Below are positions 34,127-47,866 of a stretch of DNA of 64,000 bases, piece after piece. The stretch comes from Macrostomum hystrix (lineage: Eukaryota; Animalia; Platyhelminthes), in assembly GCA_950097015.1 (NCBI GenBank), contig CATNEN010000027.1, positions 806,001 to 870,000 on the forward strand, in the 5' to 3' direction. Numbering within the stretch: position 1 is the stretch's first letter; each line of letters opens with the position of its first letter. The notes beneath the pieces were generated by a model. That model ran no database searches. It saw only the letters and a program-made list of their open reading frames with translations, and was not told the DNA's origin. A program made the translations under genes and the position numbers.

Positions 34127-37100
34127 ATGGAGTTGGTCGAACAAGAGGGAGACATCGACGCGCAGTCGACTAGCGCCGATCGGCAGTGCCACGTGTGCGA
34201 CAAGCGCTTCAAATATCCCAGCCAACTGCGTCTGCACCTCAGTGTCCACTCCAAGGCCCGACCGTTCCCGTGCGACCAGTGCGGCCGAACTTTCAAGTAC
34301 GCCTCCAGCCTAGACGAGCACGCCAAGACGCACGACGAGGCCCAACCATTTGAGTGCGACATCTGCGGTCGCCGCTTCGCCTATAGGGGCAATTACAGGG
34401 CCCACGCCGCTGTGCACCTTAATAAGGAGGAGAGAGAGCGAAAATTTCAATGCAACAGGTGTGAGGGAGTTCTTGAAAACAATCGATGAAGCGCTCCTTT
34501 TTCCAGGAAATAGTCTGTGAAGAGATTCAGCTTTCTAGGAAATAGTTAATGAAGACACACATCATTTTAAGAAATGGTTTAAAATACATTGTGCTTTCTA
34601 GCAAATGTCGGTGAAGACATTCGGCTTTCTAGAAAATTTCTAGGAAATGGTCATAACATGTGCTTTCTAGGAAATGTCGGTGAAGACATTCGGCTTTCTA
34701 GAAAATTTCTAGGAAATGGTCATAACATGTGCTTTCTAGGAAATGTCGATTAAGACATTCGGCTTTCTAGGAAATGGTCATAACATGTGCCTTCTAGGAA
34801 ATGTCGATTAAGACATTCGGCTTTCTTGGAAATGGTCAAAACATATATAAGTATGAGCCCTTAGGACATGCAGATTTCTAAGAAATATCCTTTTAAAAAT
34901 TAATAATTCTAGCAGAGTTAGAAGAATCGCAAAAATTCAATTGGATTGGAGCATCCCTATTTCGTCTTATTTTTCATCACCTAATAACTATTGTGTAATA
35001 ATACTGAAATTATGCAGGTGCCCAGCTGCTTACTTCCATCGCTCTCACCTGCTAGAGCACACGAGAGCGCAGCACATGCTGGCTGTAGTAAAGTCCCAAC
35101 CCGAGGCTGATGAGTCAGAAGAGGAATCTGATACTGAGGTTGCTGAGGCTGGCATGTTTAACTGCAGCGTATGCGGCATGTTCTACAAGTATCGAAACTC
35201 ACTGCTGGAGCATCTGAGAGGTCACAAGAAACTGCGCCGATTGAATAAGGTTCGGAAAAATGTTTGTTTCCATATATAGGGGGTGAGTGGCAGAGCGGTC
35301 TAACGCGTTTGCCTCTCGCAACAATGTCCCTGGGCTCGATTCATTTGGGGCGCAGCCGCGGAGAGAAGGCTTGAACGCATCGATCCGCACAGGTGAAGGT
35401 CTCGGGTTCGATTCCCGACTCCACTGGAACAATTTGAGTCCTTTAGCAAGTCACAAGAACTCTGCATTGCTTCAGTTCACCCAGCTGTTGATTGGGTGCC
35501 AATATTAGCTGGGGTGTAAATGTAATTGTAGCTGGGCACATCTGGCCCAATTGGTACAGGTGCAAGCAGTTATTGTAGACCCAATATCTCAAAAAAAATT
35601 GTACAAAATTTTCTTGCAAAACTTCCAGCCGCTCAAGTGCGCTGTGTGTCGCCAGACCTTCGAGGACGCGTTCAAGCTTCGCCAGCACACTGAAATAGAC
35701 GCCGACAACCTAGACAACGCCGACGCTGCCGAGCCTAACACCCGCAGGCACCGGTGCTGCAAATGCGGCCGCACCTTCAGCCGCCGCTGCTACTTGGCCC
35801 AGCACGCGGCAGGTGCGCACGGCCCGAAGCGGAGGCACGCCTGCGACGCGTGTGGCAAATGTTTTGGCAGTAAGAAATGCCTCAGGCAGCACCAGGCCTG
35901 GGTGCACTCGGATGACAGCGAGCAGAACTGCGCCGAATGTGGCTTGGCCATCAGAGGCGGCAACGCCGGGATGCGGGCACACGTTGCTAGGCACGCTAAG
36001 AATCAGCAGCAGCTAGACGAGCACGAGGAGCAGGATGAGGCTGATGAGGCTCTGTTAGTTTTTTGGGATTTTAATGCCTCAGTACATTAATTAATACTTC
36101 CGCTCCACAGGTTTTTCTCAGCCGTACAAATGGGGATTTCCTCATTATTCAGTCAAATGGGGATTTCCTCATTAGTCATTCAAATTGGGGATTTCCTCTT
36201 TATTCAGTCAAATAGGGATTCCCTCTTTGTTCAGTCAAATAGGGATTCCCTCTTTGTTCAGTCAAATAGGGATTCCCTCTTTATTCAGTCAAATAGGGAT
36301 TCCCTCTTTATTCAGTCAAATAGGGATTCCCTCTTTATTCAGTCAAATAGGGATTCCCTCTTTGTTCAGTAAAATAGGGATTCCCTCATTATTCTGTCAA
36401 ATGGGGATTTCCTCATTAGTCATTCGAATTGGGGATTTCCTCTTTATTCAGTCAAATAGGGATTCCCTCTTTGTTCAGTAAAATAGGGATTCCCTCATTA
36501 TTCTGTCAAATGGGGATTTCCTCATTAGTCATTCGAATTGGGGATTTCCTCTTTATTCAGTCAAATAGGGATTCCCTCTTTATTCAGTCAAATAGGGATT
36601 TCCTCTTTATTAAGTCAAATAGGGATTCCCTCTTTATTCAGTCAAATAAGGATCTCCTCATTAGTCAGTCAAATTTTGATTCCCTCATTATTCTGTCTAA
36701 TGGGGATTCCCTGATTAGTCATTAAAATGGTGATTCCCTCATTATTCTTTCAAATCGGGATGGCCTCATTAGTCATTTAAAAGGGGATTCCCTCTTTATT
36801 CAGTCAAATAGGGATATTTGCTCATTAGTCAGTCAAGAGGGAATTTTCTCCGTTGTCGAATTGGGATTTCCCTCCGGATAGTCTCCTTGATTCCCGATTC
36901 TCTTTGAAGTCGAATGGGGATTTTCCTCTAAAATTAAATTGGGATTTCGTCCCATAATCAAATGGCCAGTTTTCCCATCGTCAATTATAGATTTTTCCTG
37001 TATTTTCAAACCGATTGTTCCGCTGTAGCAGTTTTAAAGTAACGGATGCACCGCTTACATTTGGAATGCGACTACGGAATTTAATTTCAGCCAAACGCGC

Positions 37101-37664
37101 AAGCGAAAGAAGCGGAACGAAGAGAAAAGAAAGGAAAAGCGGCAGCAGCAGCAGCGCAAGACGGAGACCAAACGATTCCGCTGCGATCTTTGCGACAAGC
37201 GGTTTCCTCGTCTGTACAATCTGATGCGGCATCAGCAGAAAATGCATGACCAACTAGCCGGTGACGATGCCCTCCGCGACGCCAAGCGTCCGCCTGAGAC
37301 ACCCGGGCGGTTTCCTTGTCCGAATTGTGCCCAGGTCTTCAATTGGGCTCGCAATCTGAAGTCTCACTTGGCCACTGCTCACAGCGAAGGTGAGCGCAAC
37401 AGCGGAGCGGAGAGCGAGAGCTTCAAGTGCAGCCTCTGCGACAAGACTTTCGCCTCCCAGGCCCGGCTAAACATGCACGCCCGCTCACACTCCGGTGCCA
37501 GGCCGTTCCATTGTTACAGCTGCGGCTGCAGCTACAAGCACAAGAAGAATCTGCTGGCTCACGCTTCTCGGTGTCTCGGCAGCAGCGGCGTCCGGGAGGA
37601 CGAGAACGACCAGGCCTCGGCTACCTCGGAGTCGATGTCGAATGACGAGGACGAGCAGGAGTGA
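34127..37664 (+). CDS. Multi-C2H2 zinc-finger protein (about 13 fingers), 4 exons, 520 aa; an additional upstream exon is possible
   Basis: Exons 34127-34458, 35018-35249, 35629-36053 and 37091-37664, GT-AG and phase-consistent. One finger (CNR|C..HTRAQH) spans intron 1. Linkers such as HSKARPF and HSGARPF. An acceptor at 34110 is followed by an open frame into the ATG. Confidence 0.9.
34530..34850. repeat. Degenerate intronic repeat built on TTTCTAGGAAAT, with a ~69-bp duplication
   Basis: Repeated CTTTCTAGGAAATG units in zinc-finger intron 1. Confidence 0.8.
35279..35575 (+). mobile_element. Composite tRNA-derived SINE (family A head joined to family B body)
   Basis: A-box TGGCAGAGCGG (35288), B-box-like GGCTCGATTC (35333) and a second B-box GGTTCGATTCC (about 35406). 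The first ~95 bp match family A copies; the rest matches family B. Confidence 0.7.
36128..36830. repeat. 27-bp intronic minisatellite (GGATTCCCTCTTTATTCAGTCAAATAG)n
   Basis: 27-bp period in zinc-finger intron 3, decaying towards 36960. Confidence 0.93.
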
Positions 37665-37687
37665 AAGAACTCGGAATCGCGAACGCA

Positions 37688-37996
37688 GAGTGACATTCTG
37701 GAGTGATAATGAGTGTGACATTCTGGAGTGATATTGAGAGTGACATTCTGGAGTGATAATGAGAGTGACATTCTGGAGTGATAATGAGTGTGACATTCTG
37801 GAGTGATAATGAGAGTGACATTCTGGAGTGATAATGAGTGTGACATTCTGGAGTGATAATGAGAGTGACATTCTGGAGTGATAATGAGAGTGACATTCTG
37901 GAGTGATATTGAGAGTGACATTCAGGAGTGATATTGAGAGTGACATTCTGGAGTGATATTGAGAGTGACATTCTGGAGTGATATTGAGTGTGATAT
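37688..37996. repeat. 25-bp minisatellite (GAGAGTGACATTCTGGAGTGATAAT)n in the zinc-finger 3' UTR region
   Basis: 25-bp period starting about 25 bp after the stop codon. Confidence 0.95.
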
Positions 37997-38644
37997 TGGC
38001 AGTGCGACTGCAGTTGTGACATTTTTACTACAAATCTCGGAGTGACGATAGTAGTGAGAACGCAGGAATGACTTTGGGAGTGCCAATCTTGGAGTGAAAT
38101 TTGTTACTGAATGCTTTTTGTAGTGGTATATTGAGTAGTGACTTCCAAATAGCTTGTTTGCCTTTATGGAGTGTCGCAATATAGGAGTGACAATTCCTTC
38201 CTATATATAAAAATATTTTAATTATCTAATTTAATTGCACTCTAACCAATGCTGTGAAGTCACAGTTCTAAATAAAGTTTACTATTTTTATAGCTCTGTT
38301 TGACACTCGTACTTTTCCATCATATCCTACTCATCAGCAGGCACAACAGCGTATGTAAGTAGCTTGTAATTAAAAAATACTTATATTGCTAATAATTGTT
38401 GAGCCTAGTCTGTTCGAGATAGAGCGTATTGTCATCTAATTTTTTAGTTCCATTATGTAAACTTCTCATCTTTTTGTTGCCAAAAGATAATAAAATTTAG
38501 ACGGCTAAACAATGCCTGCTGTTGTTTTACCAAAGAAAGAACTGTCTTAACAGGCTTCTGTTTCATTGCATTTTGAAAACATATTTAAAAAATTGTTTTT
38601 TTGTCTTCGAATTCTTTATTGTTTCAAAAATACGATTCAATTCA

Positions 38645-39908
38645 TGTTATAACTATTTGGGTCGATTCCTGTTATAACTATTTGGTTCGATTCCTGTTAT
38701 AACTATTTGGTTCGATTCCAGTTATAACTCTTTGGTTCGATTCCAGTTATAACTCTTGGGTTCGATTCCAGTTATAACTATTTGGTTCGATTCCAGTTAT
38801 AACTATTTGGTTCGATTCCTGTTATAACTATTTGGTTCGATTCCTGTTATAACTATTTGGTTCGATTCCTGTGATAACTATTTGGTTCGATTCCAGTTAT
38901 AACAATTTGGTTCGATTCCTGTTATAACAATTTGGTTCGATTCCTGTTATAACAATTAGGTTCGATTCCTGTTACAACTATTTGGTTCGATTCCTGTTAT
39001 AACAATTTGGTTCGATTCCTGTTATAACTATTTGGTTCGATTCCTGTTACAACTTGGTTCGATTCCTGTTATAACAATTTGGTTAGATTCCAGTTATAAC
39101 TATTTGGTTAGATTCCAGTTATAACTTTTTGGTTCGATTCCAGTTATAACTATTTGGTTCGATTCCTGTTATAACTATTTGGTTCGATTCTTGTTATAAC
39201 AATTTGGTTCGATTCCTGTTACAACTATTTGGTTCGATTCCTGTTATAACTATTTGGTTAGATTCCAGTTATAACTTTTTGGTTCGATTCGAGTTATAAC
39301 TATTTGGTTCGATTCCAGTTATAACTATTTGGTTCGATTCCAGTTATAACTATTTGGTTCGATTCCAGTTATAACTATTGGGTTCGATTCCTGTTATAAC
39401 TCTTTTGTTCGATTACTGTTATAACTATTGGGTTAGATTCCAGTTATAACTTTTTGGTTCGATTCCAGTTATAACTATTTGGTTCGATTCCAGTTATAAC
39501 TATTTGGTTCGATTCCAGTTATAACTCTTTGGTTCGATTCCAGTTATAACTATTGGGTTCGATTCCTGTTATAACTCTTTGGTTCGATTACTGTTATAAC
39601 TATTTGGTTCGATTCCAGTTATAATTCTTTGGTTCGATTCCTGTTACAACTATTTGGTTCGATTCCAGTTATAACTATTTGGTTCGATTCCTGTTATAAC
39701 TCTTTTGTTCGATTCCAGTTATAACTATTGGGTTCGATTCCTGTTATAACTCTTTGGTTCGATTACTGTTATAACTATTTGGTTCGATTCCAGTTATAAT
39801 TCTTTGGTTCGATTCCTGTTACAACTATTTGGTTCGATTCCAGTTATAACTATTTGGTTCGATTCCTGTTATAACTATTTGGTTCGATTCCTGTTACAAC
39901 TATTTGGT
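38645..39908. repeat. 25-bp satellite (GGTTCGATTCCTGTTATAACTATTT)n, about 50 copies, most with a consensus Pol III B-box
   Basis: 25-bp period. GGTTCGATTCC fits the B-box consensus GGTTCGANNCC. The unit also contains the palindrome GTTATAAC. Confidence 0.97.
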
Positions 39909-40428
39909 CTTTATTACATCTCCTGCGGTTCTAGCTACAGTTTTTTCTTTAATCATCAGCTGATACAGATTTTTCCTAAATCTCCTGCTGCGATATCTGC
40001 CAAAGCTTGCAACTACGAGTATTCTACTCTGTCGTGTCAAGCAAGCATCGACAACGAACCTGCGTTTCTACGGCTTTTTTAAGTAGTCGAGACAAAATCG
40101 TGTATTTTGTAAATATCGTTTTAGGGGCCGGACAGCTCGAATGCTCAGAAGTTGGGTAAAGAGGGGAATAGTTTTGTAAGGCAATCCAATGAACTATTAT
40201 CAGTGATATCATCATAAGTTCTATGTTCAACTGTCGGACTAGAAGAAGCGCATTATAAGGGTCGTTAAATTACGATTTTAGAAAAATTACGACTTTAGGT
40301 CGGTATTTTTACATAGAGAGCGAAAGCCTGCGTGCTTCCAATGTCAACTGCTAAAGATCCGCTTGAAAAAGATATGAAGATACCCTCCTTAGTCTGATTA
40401 TGTGATAGATTCTGGATCTCCTGATAGC

Positions 40429-42386
<1,958 letters not shown>

Positions 42387-45001
42387 CCTGCCCAGCCTCC
42401 GCCATTCCTTATCTCCCCAAGCTGAGGATTTCCTTCAAGTCAATTTTGGGGACAAATCAGCTCAGCTGTAGTCTGAGCATCGAGCTGGGACTGCTCAGGG
42501 CCGTCATGCGCCATCTGCTTTAAGCTGCCAGCCGTGACTTAAGTTGGGAAAATGTTGAGAATACATTCTTTAAGCTCTTGTCGAGTGCCATCGCTCCATT
42601 ATTTGAGCAAAGTTTGAGACGGTTTTGCAAAAAAAGTTCCCATTAAGAGAGACAAAGAGAATGTCAGTTCAAATCCACTTTGGGCCTGAAATTAACTAGC
42701 AAAAATTTATGAACAAATTTTCTGCCGGCTTTTGACGAGAAAAACTTGCAGACAACAAAGAGAATTACAAGTCTTTTTTCTATAATTCTACTTTCACTTG
42801 AAAATTTTCTAGTCAAGGCTGCTTGATTGGGTGTAGCTTATAATGGCTTGCAGTAGTGCTAATTGCTCAGGACCTGGCTTGTATAACGGTATAGTTTGGG
42901 ATAATTATCCTTCCCGAGTTGCATTTGTATGAATTTTGTCAGTTCTAGGCGAGGGAGGACTCCAGCGGAGTCACAAAGCAAATGAACAAACGAATTGAAT
43001 GAATGTGAATCCATGAGCAGTCCAGTATGCGGTGATGCTGTACAGACTCCGAGAGTCTAAACGGCCCCCTAAGCCATCGTAGTATCATCGTCATCCGCCA
43101 TCCCTCCCAGTGAATTTGCATTTAAATTACTTTGCATAATTGTGGGATTTGCCTCTATGATAATGGATTAATTCACTGGGCCTCTTATAATTAAATTGGG
43201 CCCTCTCCGGCCGGCTGTGTTCAGGGCTCCGCGCAATTAATTACCCTAGCCCGGCACGCGGACTCACAGCTCGGCCGTGTAATTGTTTTCGAGCTGGACA
43301 AGCCGCTCGCTCATTAGACCAGTTATCCCCCCTCTCTCTCCTCCCCCCCGCTCGATTCCCCAGTTTCTGCTCACGACCCGCTCGAGATGACGGAAGCTGG
43401 GCTCTGCTGGCATAATCTATGTCCCGATCCATCACTAAAGGGGGGTGTGACTGCGGCCCAGTTATACAATCCCCGCGAATTTTCAACAAAAAAAAACACA
43501 GCGGCACATATAATATGCGGGATGAAACTCGCTAGCGTGTTCTATCACTGGTTATTAGCAAACTGATGTCATTCATTTGCAGGATATCCGGACTGCTGTT
43601 GCTGCTGCTGCTGCTGCTGCTGCTAGTGTTGAAGAAGATTTTTGTTAGCAAATAGTTGCACACGGAAGGTGAAGCATTATTGATGATAATTTCATGCCCC
43701 CAAGCTCTATAGATTTCTCCCGTTAGCGCAATTGTTGCATCTGTAACAATTGTCCTCTCCCCAACCAAACTGCGCGGATCAGCAGCATATCAATTACCTG
43801 CAGCTGGATCAGGGGTGACAGAAAGGTGTGCCACCGGCAAATCCATTTCCTTCTTCGCGCGTGAGACACCAGCCCTCTCCCCTATTTGTCTCTGGGCATT
43901 TCCTGCTAGGCTTGCTACTTGAATTGCTGCTTTTTGGCAGCAGAGGCGAGGCACTCATTTGTTGGCTTCTTACGGCCCGAAAATTGTATTAAACTGCATC
44001 GAAGACGGGCTGGGTGGGCCATTGCTCCAGGAAGTAGATTGGTGTTTGAGGAGGTGCTGACAGACTGGCTGAGTGACAGGTCTCAGTTTCCGCTGGGCTT
44101 AAGTTTTCCTCTTTATCCCAACTCACTAATGCCCCTTCGCGGAGGCTGGGGTTGGCGCATTGGGATTTCGCCATCATCGCAATCAAACAATGCTGTCTTG
44201 TTTCGTTTATTTTTTAAGACTTTTTCAGCTTTTAAAGAAATCTGAAACAACCCATTTGCATGAGGTTGTCCCATTGTTGCAGCTTTCATGTTGACAAATA
44301 AAATGGAGTTAAAATAGCTATTTGCTTGATTCCCTAAAAATCAGTCTCCGTCAAAGTGTCAGTCAGGGTGAAAAAATCCCACCTAATGGACTGCAGGCCC
44401 AAACAAAGACATTTTGCTGCTGCTCTCAGTCTTTTGCTTTTGCTCTTTGACGACTGTGAGGATCCACGGCAACCACCCCCTCACATTATCCCACCGCATC
44501 TGTGGCAGGTTGGGAACAATAAAAAGCTTGCCTCCGTTTATCATCAATCTTCTTCTTCTGCTAAGCAACTTTCTTAGGTGAAGATTGAGGTGGCACTAGC
44601 GCTTTTAAGTCGTATATTGAAGCTGCTCTGCCGCCGCTTCTGCTGCTACTGCGGAGTGATAATTATAAAATTGCATTCGTGTCTCAAACACGTCAAAGTT
44701 AGAGCGGCTGGCGCTTCTCTGTCTTTAATGTCTCAAAAAGCATGCAATTATATCGATTCAGAGTTTATAGTCTTCATTAACTGCGTGTTTACACTTTCAC
44801 CACCAGAGCGCCAACTTCATTTGTAGGGGGGGGGCCGAGGTGCTATTAATGGCGCAGTCACTCTCACACTCTCTCACCCAATACGCAATTAGCATTCAAT
44901 TTTGAAATCGTACCCTAGCTGTCGGGATTATTTGAAATTTGCTTCATTACTCAGAAAACAACTTTTACGACACGTTATGTCATGATTATCTGAGAAATTT
45001 T

Positions 45002-45195
45002 CGATTCACAGAATCCGCGATTCACAGAATCCACGATTCACAGAATCCACGATTCACAGAATCCACGATTCACAGAATCCACGATTCACAGAATCCACGA
45101 TTCACAGAATCCACGATTCACAGAATCCACGATTCACAGAATCCACGATTCACAGAATCCACGATTCACAGAATCCACGATTCACAGAATCCATG
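45002..45195. repeat. 16-bp minisatellite (CACGATTCACAGAATC)n
   Basis: About 12 near-perfect copies. Confidence 0.97.
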
Positions 45196-45506
45196 ATTCA
45201 CAAATCACGGTGTTCCCAATTCACAAGTTCTCAAATCACGGAGTTCCCAATTAACAAGTTCTCAAATCACGGTGTTCCCAATTCACAAGTTCTCAAATCA
45301 CGGTGTTCCCAATTCACAAGTTCTCAAATCACGGTGTTCCCAATTCACAAGTTCTCAATTCACGGTGTTCCCAATTCACAAGTTCTCTACTCACGGAGTT
45401 CCCAATTCACAAGTTCTCAAATCACGGTGTTCCCAATTCACAAGTTCTCTACTCACGGAGTTCCCAATTCACAAGTTCTCAAATCACGGTGTTCCCAATT
45501 CACAAT
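45196..45506. repeat. 31-bp minisatellite (AAATCACGGTGTTCCCAATTCACAAGTTCTC)n
   Basis: About 10 copies, directly continuing the 16-bp array. Confidence 0.95.
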
Positions 45507-46519
45507 TGAAGAACGCACTTTTTTGCTCACTTGTCCCTCAAACTGGCAACATAATGAGACGCAGCCTTTGCCGTGTGGTCACAGTGACAAGCACTGCTTT
45601 GCCTCATCTGCATGTATCTGCTTGCTGCTTGTGCATGCATCAGCGATCAGCAGTGACTGAGAGCCACTGCCAGAGCTCTATTAATTAGACATCGGTCGGC
45701 AATCTCTGACAAGGATTTACTGCGCTGCCGAGCCAACTCGCCTGATTCAATCAGGTTTTGTAAGGCCGTCCGCGATTGCTTTAGCCGACCCAGTGCCCGC
45801 CCCGCGCCCCCAACCAACCAGCTCGCCAAAGCATGCCCTGCTGTCTGTGACTGAATCGCATCGCTAACCGCAGATTGAGGCCCTTATCCCTCCTCCACCC
45901 AATGCAATGTTCCAAGCCACCCTGAGAACATCAAGGAATTCAATGAATTTGAATTGAATCCTTGGGGACTGGCGCAGCGGCCGGCTGATCCCCCCCCCGA
46001 CAGACCGGCGACCAATTTGTTATTCCATCAGAATTTTCAGACACCCTCCGCTGTTGGCCATTCGGCATTTCCTTTACCCAACTGAGACAGTGTCACTCAC
46101 TCCGAGTCGCGTATCTATTTGCCCCGCCACCCCAGACGGACACTCGGATTGTAGCCGAGTTTGCAAAGCAGCGATGAACTCAAATCACGGCACTGCTGCA
46201 CTAACCTGTATGAGCTGCTGCTATGCGTGTCTGAAACTGTCTCTAATCGATATTGGCCTAGTTTATCGGCTCCATTCCGATTCTGCTTCCGGAAGTAAAA
46301 ATAGGAATTATATTTTTCTATTAAATTCAGTTATGAAATCATGTGCTCATGTTTAAGTCAACCTTAAGGTAAATGTGTTATAATAATAATAAATAAAAAT
46401 AATAGTAATTACAAGAGAGCTGCGGGCAATAGCCCATCATTTGCTGACACTAGACCCGCAGCCAGCGAGGAGGCAATTCTGCCCATTCCGCTGACTCCTG
46501 AGCACACAGATACCGTGCG

Positions 46520-46742
46520 AAGGCACACACTAACACAAGGTGTGTACATCTGCCCTGACTTTCTCATCGTCAGTCAGAGTACACTCTCACTGTGCCTTGA
46601 GGTTGGCCCTCAAATTGCACGACAAGCCCCCAAGCCTTCTCTCCGCGGCTGCGCCCCGGAGAATGAATGTGGCCTCGCCGCGGAATCGAGCTCAGGGACC
46701 TTGGCGCGAGAGACAAAAGCGTTAACCGCTTTTCACCCCGCT
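46520..46742 (-). mobile_element. tRNA-derived SINE, family A
   Basis: The minus strand reads GCGGTTAACGCTTTTGTCTCTCGCGCCAAGGTCCCTGAGCTCGATTCC..GGGGCGCAGCCGCGGAGAGAAGGCTT..GGCCAACCTCAAGGCACAGT. Shared with 35279, 55803 and 58925. Confidence 0.8.
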
Positions 46743-47173
46743 TAAGTAAATGTTAGGGAAATGTTACTGACCTGGTAGACATAATTTCATTTAGAAACAA
46801 AAAACAAATGTTTGAGATAAAAATCTTGACTGCCTACTAATTCAGTAGAGTGTTCAGCATCCAAGAGCAGTCTGATTTTGTACTTAGTAAGGAGAATTAA
46901 ACTCAAGTGAATGCAAAAGAGTAAAACTTCTCACTAAGTTACGAATACGATACTTGAATAAATTCTAAGTTTCACCTTAGTTAATTTCGTGCACTTTGTT
47001 TTAAACTCGCTATAGAGGTAAATTACTCGTATAAGTAAAAATAGTTGATTGATCGCTTGCGAAGAGAAAAATCTAAAGAAAAGAGATTTTAGCGCGCGCT
47101 GCAGATTCAGTGGCTAAAAGTACACGACAGAAACAATCGAAAGAAATCAAAGCGGTCAGCGTTCAGGCGGTCC

Positions 47174-47866
47174 TTAGAGCCCCGGCGCGACCCGGTTCCC
47201 GTTGTGGCTGTCGCTGTCCTCAAAGAACATGAAGTCGATGAGCAGCGCGGCAGCCACCAGGATCGATTTTACCTGCACGCTGGTTTCCTTCGGCACTTCC
47301 ACTTTGAAGTTGTCGGCGTCAGTGAAGAGCTCCTTGGCTAAGCCGCCCCACTCCTTGCACAGCTTGCCGACCTCCTGGGTGCCGTCAGCACTCAGCAGCC
47401 GGAATTTGTACTTTTGGCCGGGACAGCGACAGCCGCAGAAGCAGGGGCCCTCGATGCGCATGAGGATGTCGCCGCTGGCGTCGCGGATGCTGAAGTTGGC
47501 GTTGATGGCGTTGTACTCCTGCTTGACAAAGCCGATGATGTTGCCTGGTGGCGCCTCACAGGTGACGCAGTCCTTGCAGCACTCGCAGCAGCTGAAGCAC
47601 TGGCCAATGCAGCTGTACTTATAGTCGCGTTTAACCTCCATGACGACCTTGTCTGAGTCCTTGTCCTCGATCTCTATGCGGAATGGCCGCTGTGACCCCA
47701 GACAGATTCGCTGGCAGGCGCTCGAGTGTTCCTTGGCTTTGTACACCTTCTTACCATCGCCGTCCTTGATGTCATACTTGTTGTTGGTCTCGAAGCCAGT
47801 CAGAGCTTCAAGCATCTCCACCTGCTGCTTCACCTTGAAGCTGCTGCTGCCGGCCAGCTTGTCCAT
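47174..47866 (-). CDS. Phospholipid scramblase (PLSCR/Tubby-like scramblase domain), single exon, 230 aa
   Basis: VKQQVEMLEALTGFETNNKY, R.C.G..RPF, Cys cluster CIGQCFSCCECC, GKLCKEWGGLAKELFTDADNF, and terminal AAALLIDFMFFE. Confidence 0.93.
   Translation of the reverse strand: MDKLAGSSSFKVKQQVEMLEALTGFETNNKYDIKDGDGKKVYKAKEHSSACQRICLGSQRPFRIEIEDKDSDKVVMEVKRDYKYSCIGQCFSCCECCKDCVTCEAPPGNIIGFVKQEYNAINANFSIRDASGDILMRIEGPCFCGCRCPGQKYKFRLLSADGTQEVGKLCKEWGGLAKELFTDADNFKVEVPKETSVQVKSILVAAALLIDFMFFEDSDSHNGNRVAPGL

Noticed and set aside
36130-36725. Repetitive ORFs (IGIPSLFSQ)n, and similar ones at 28052-28593, 37485-38022, 44939-45688 and 61498-62032
   Set aside because: All are translations of minisatellites in introns or intergenic DNA.
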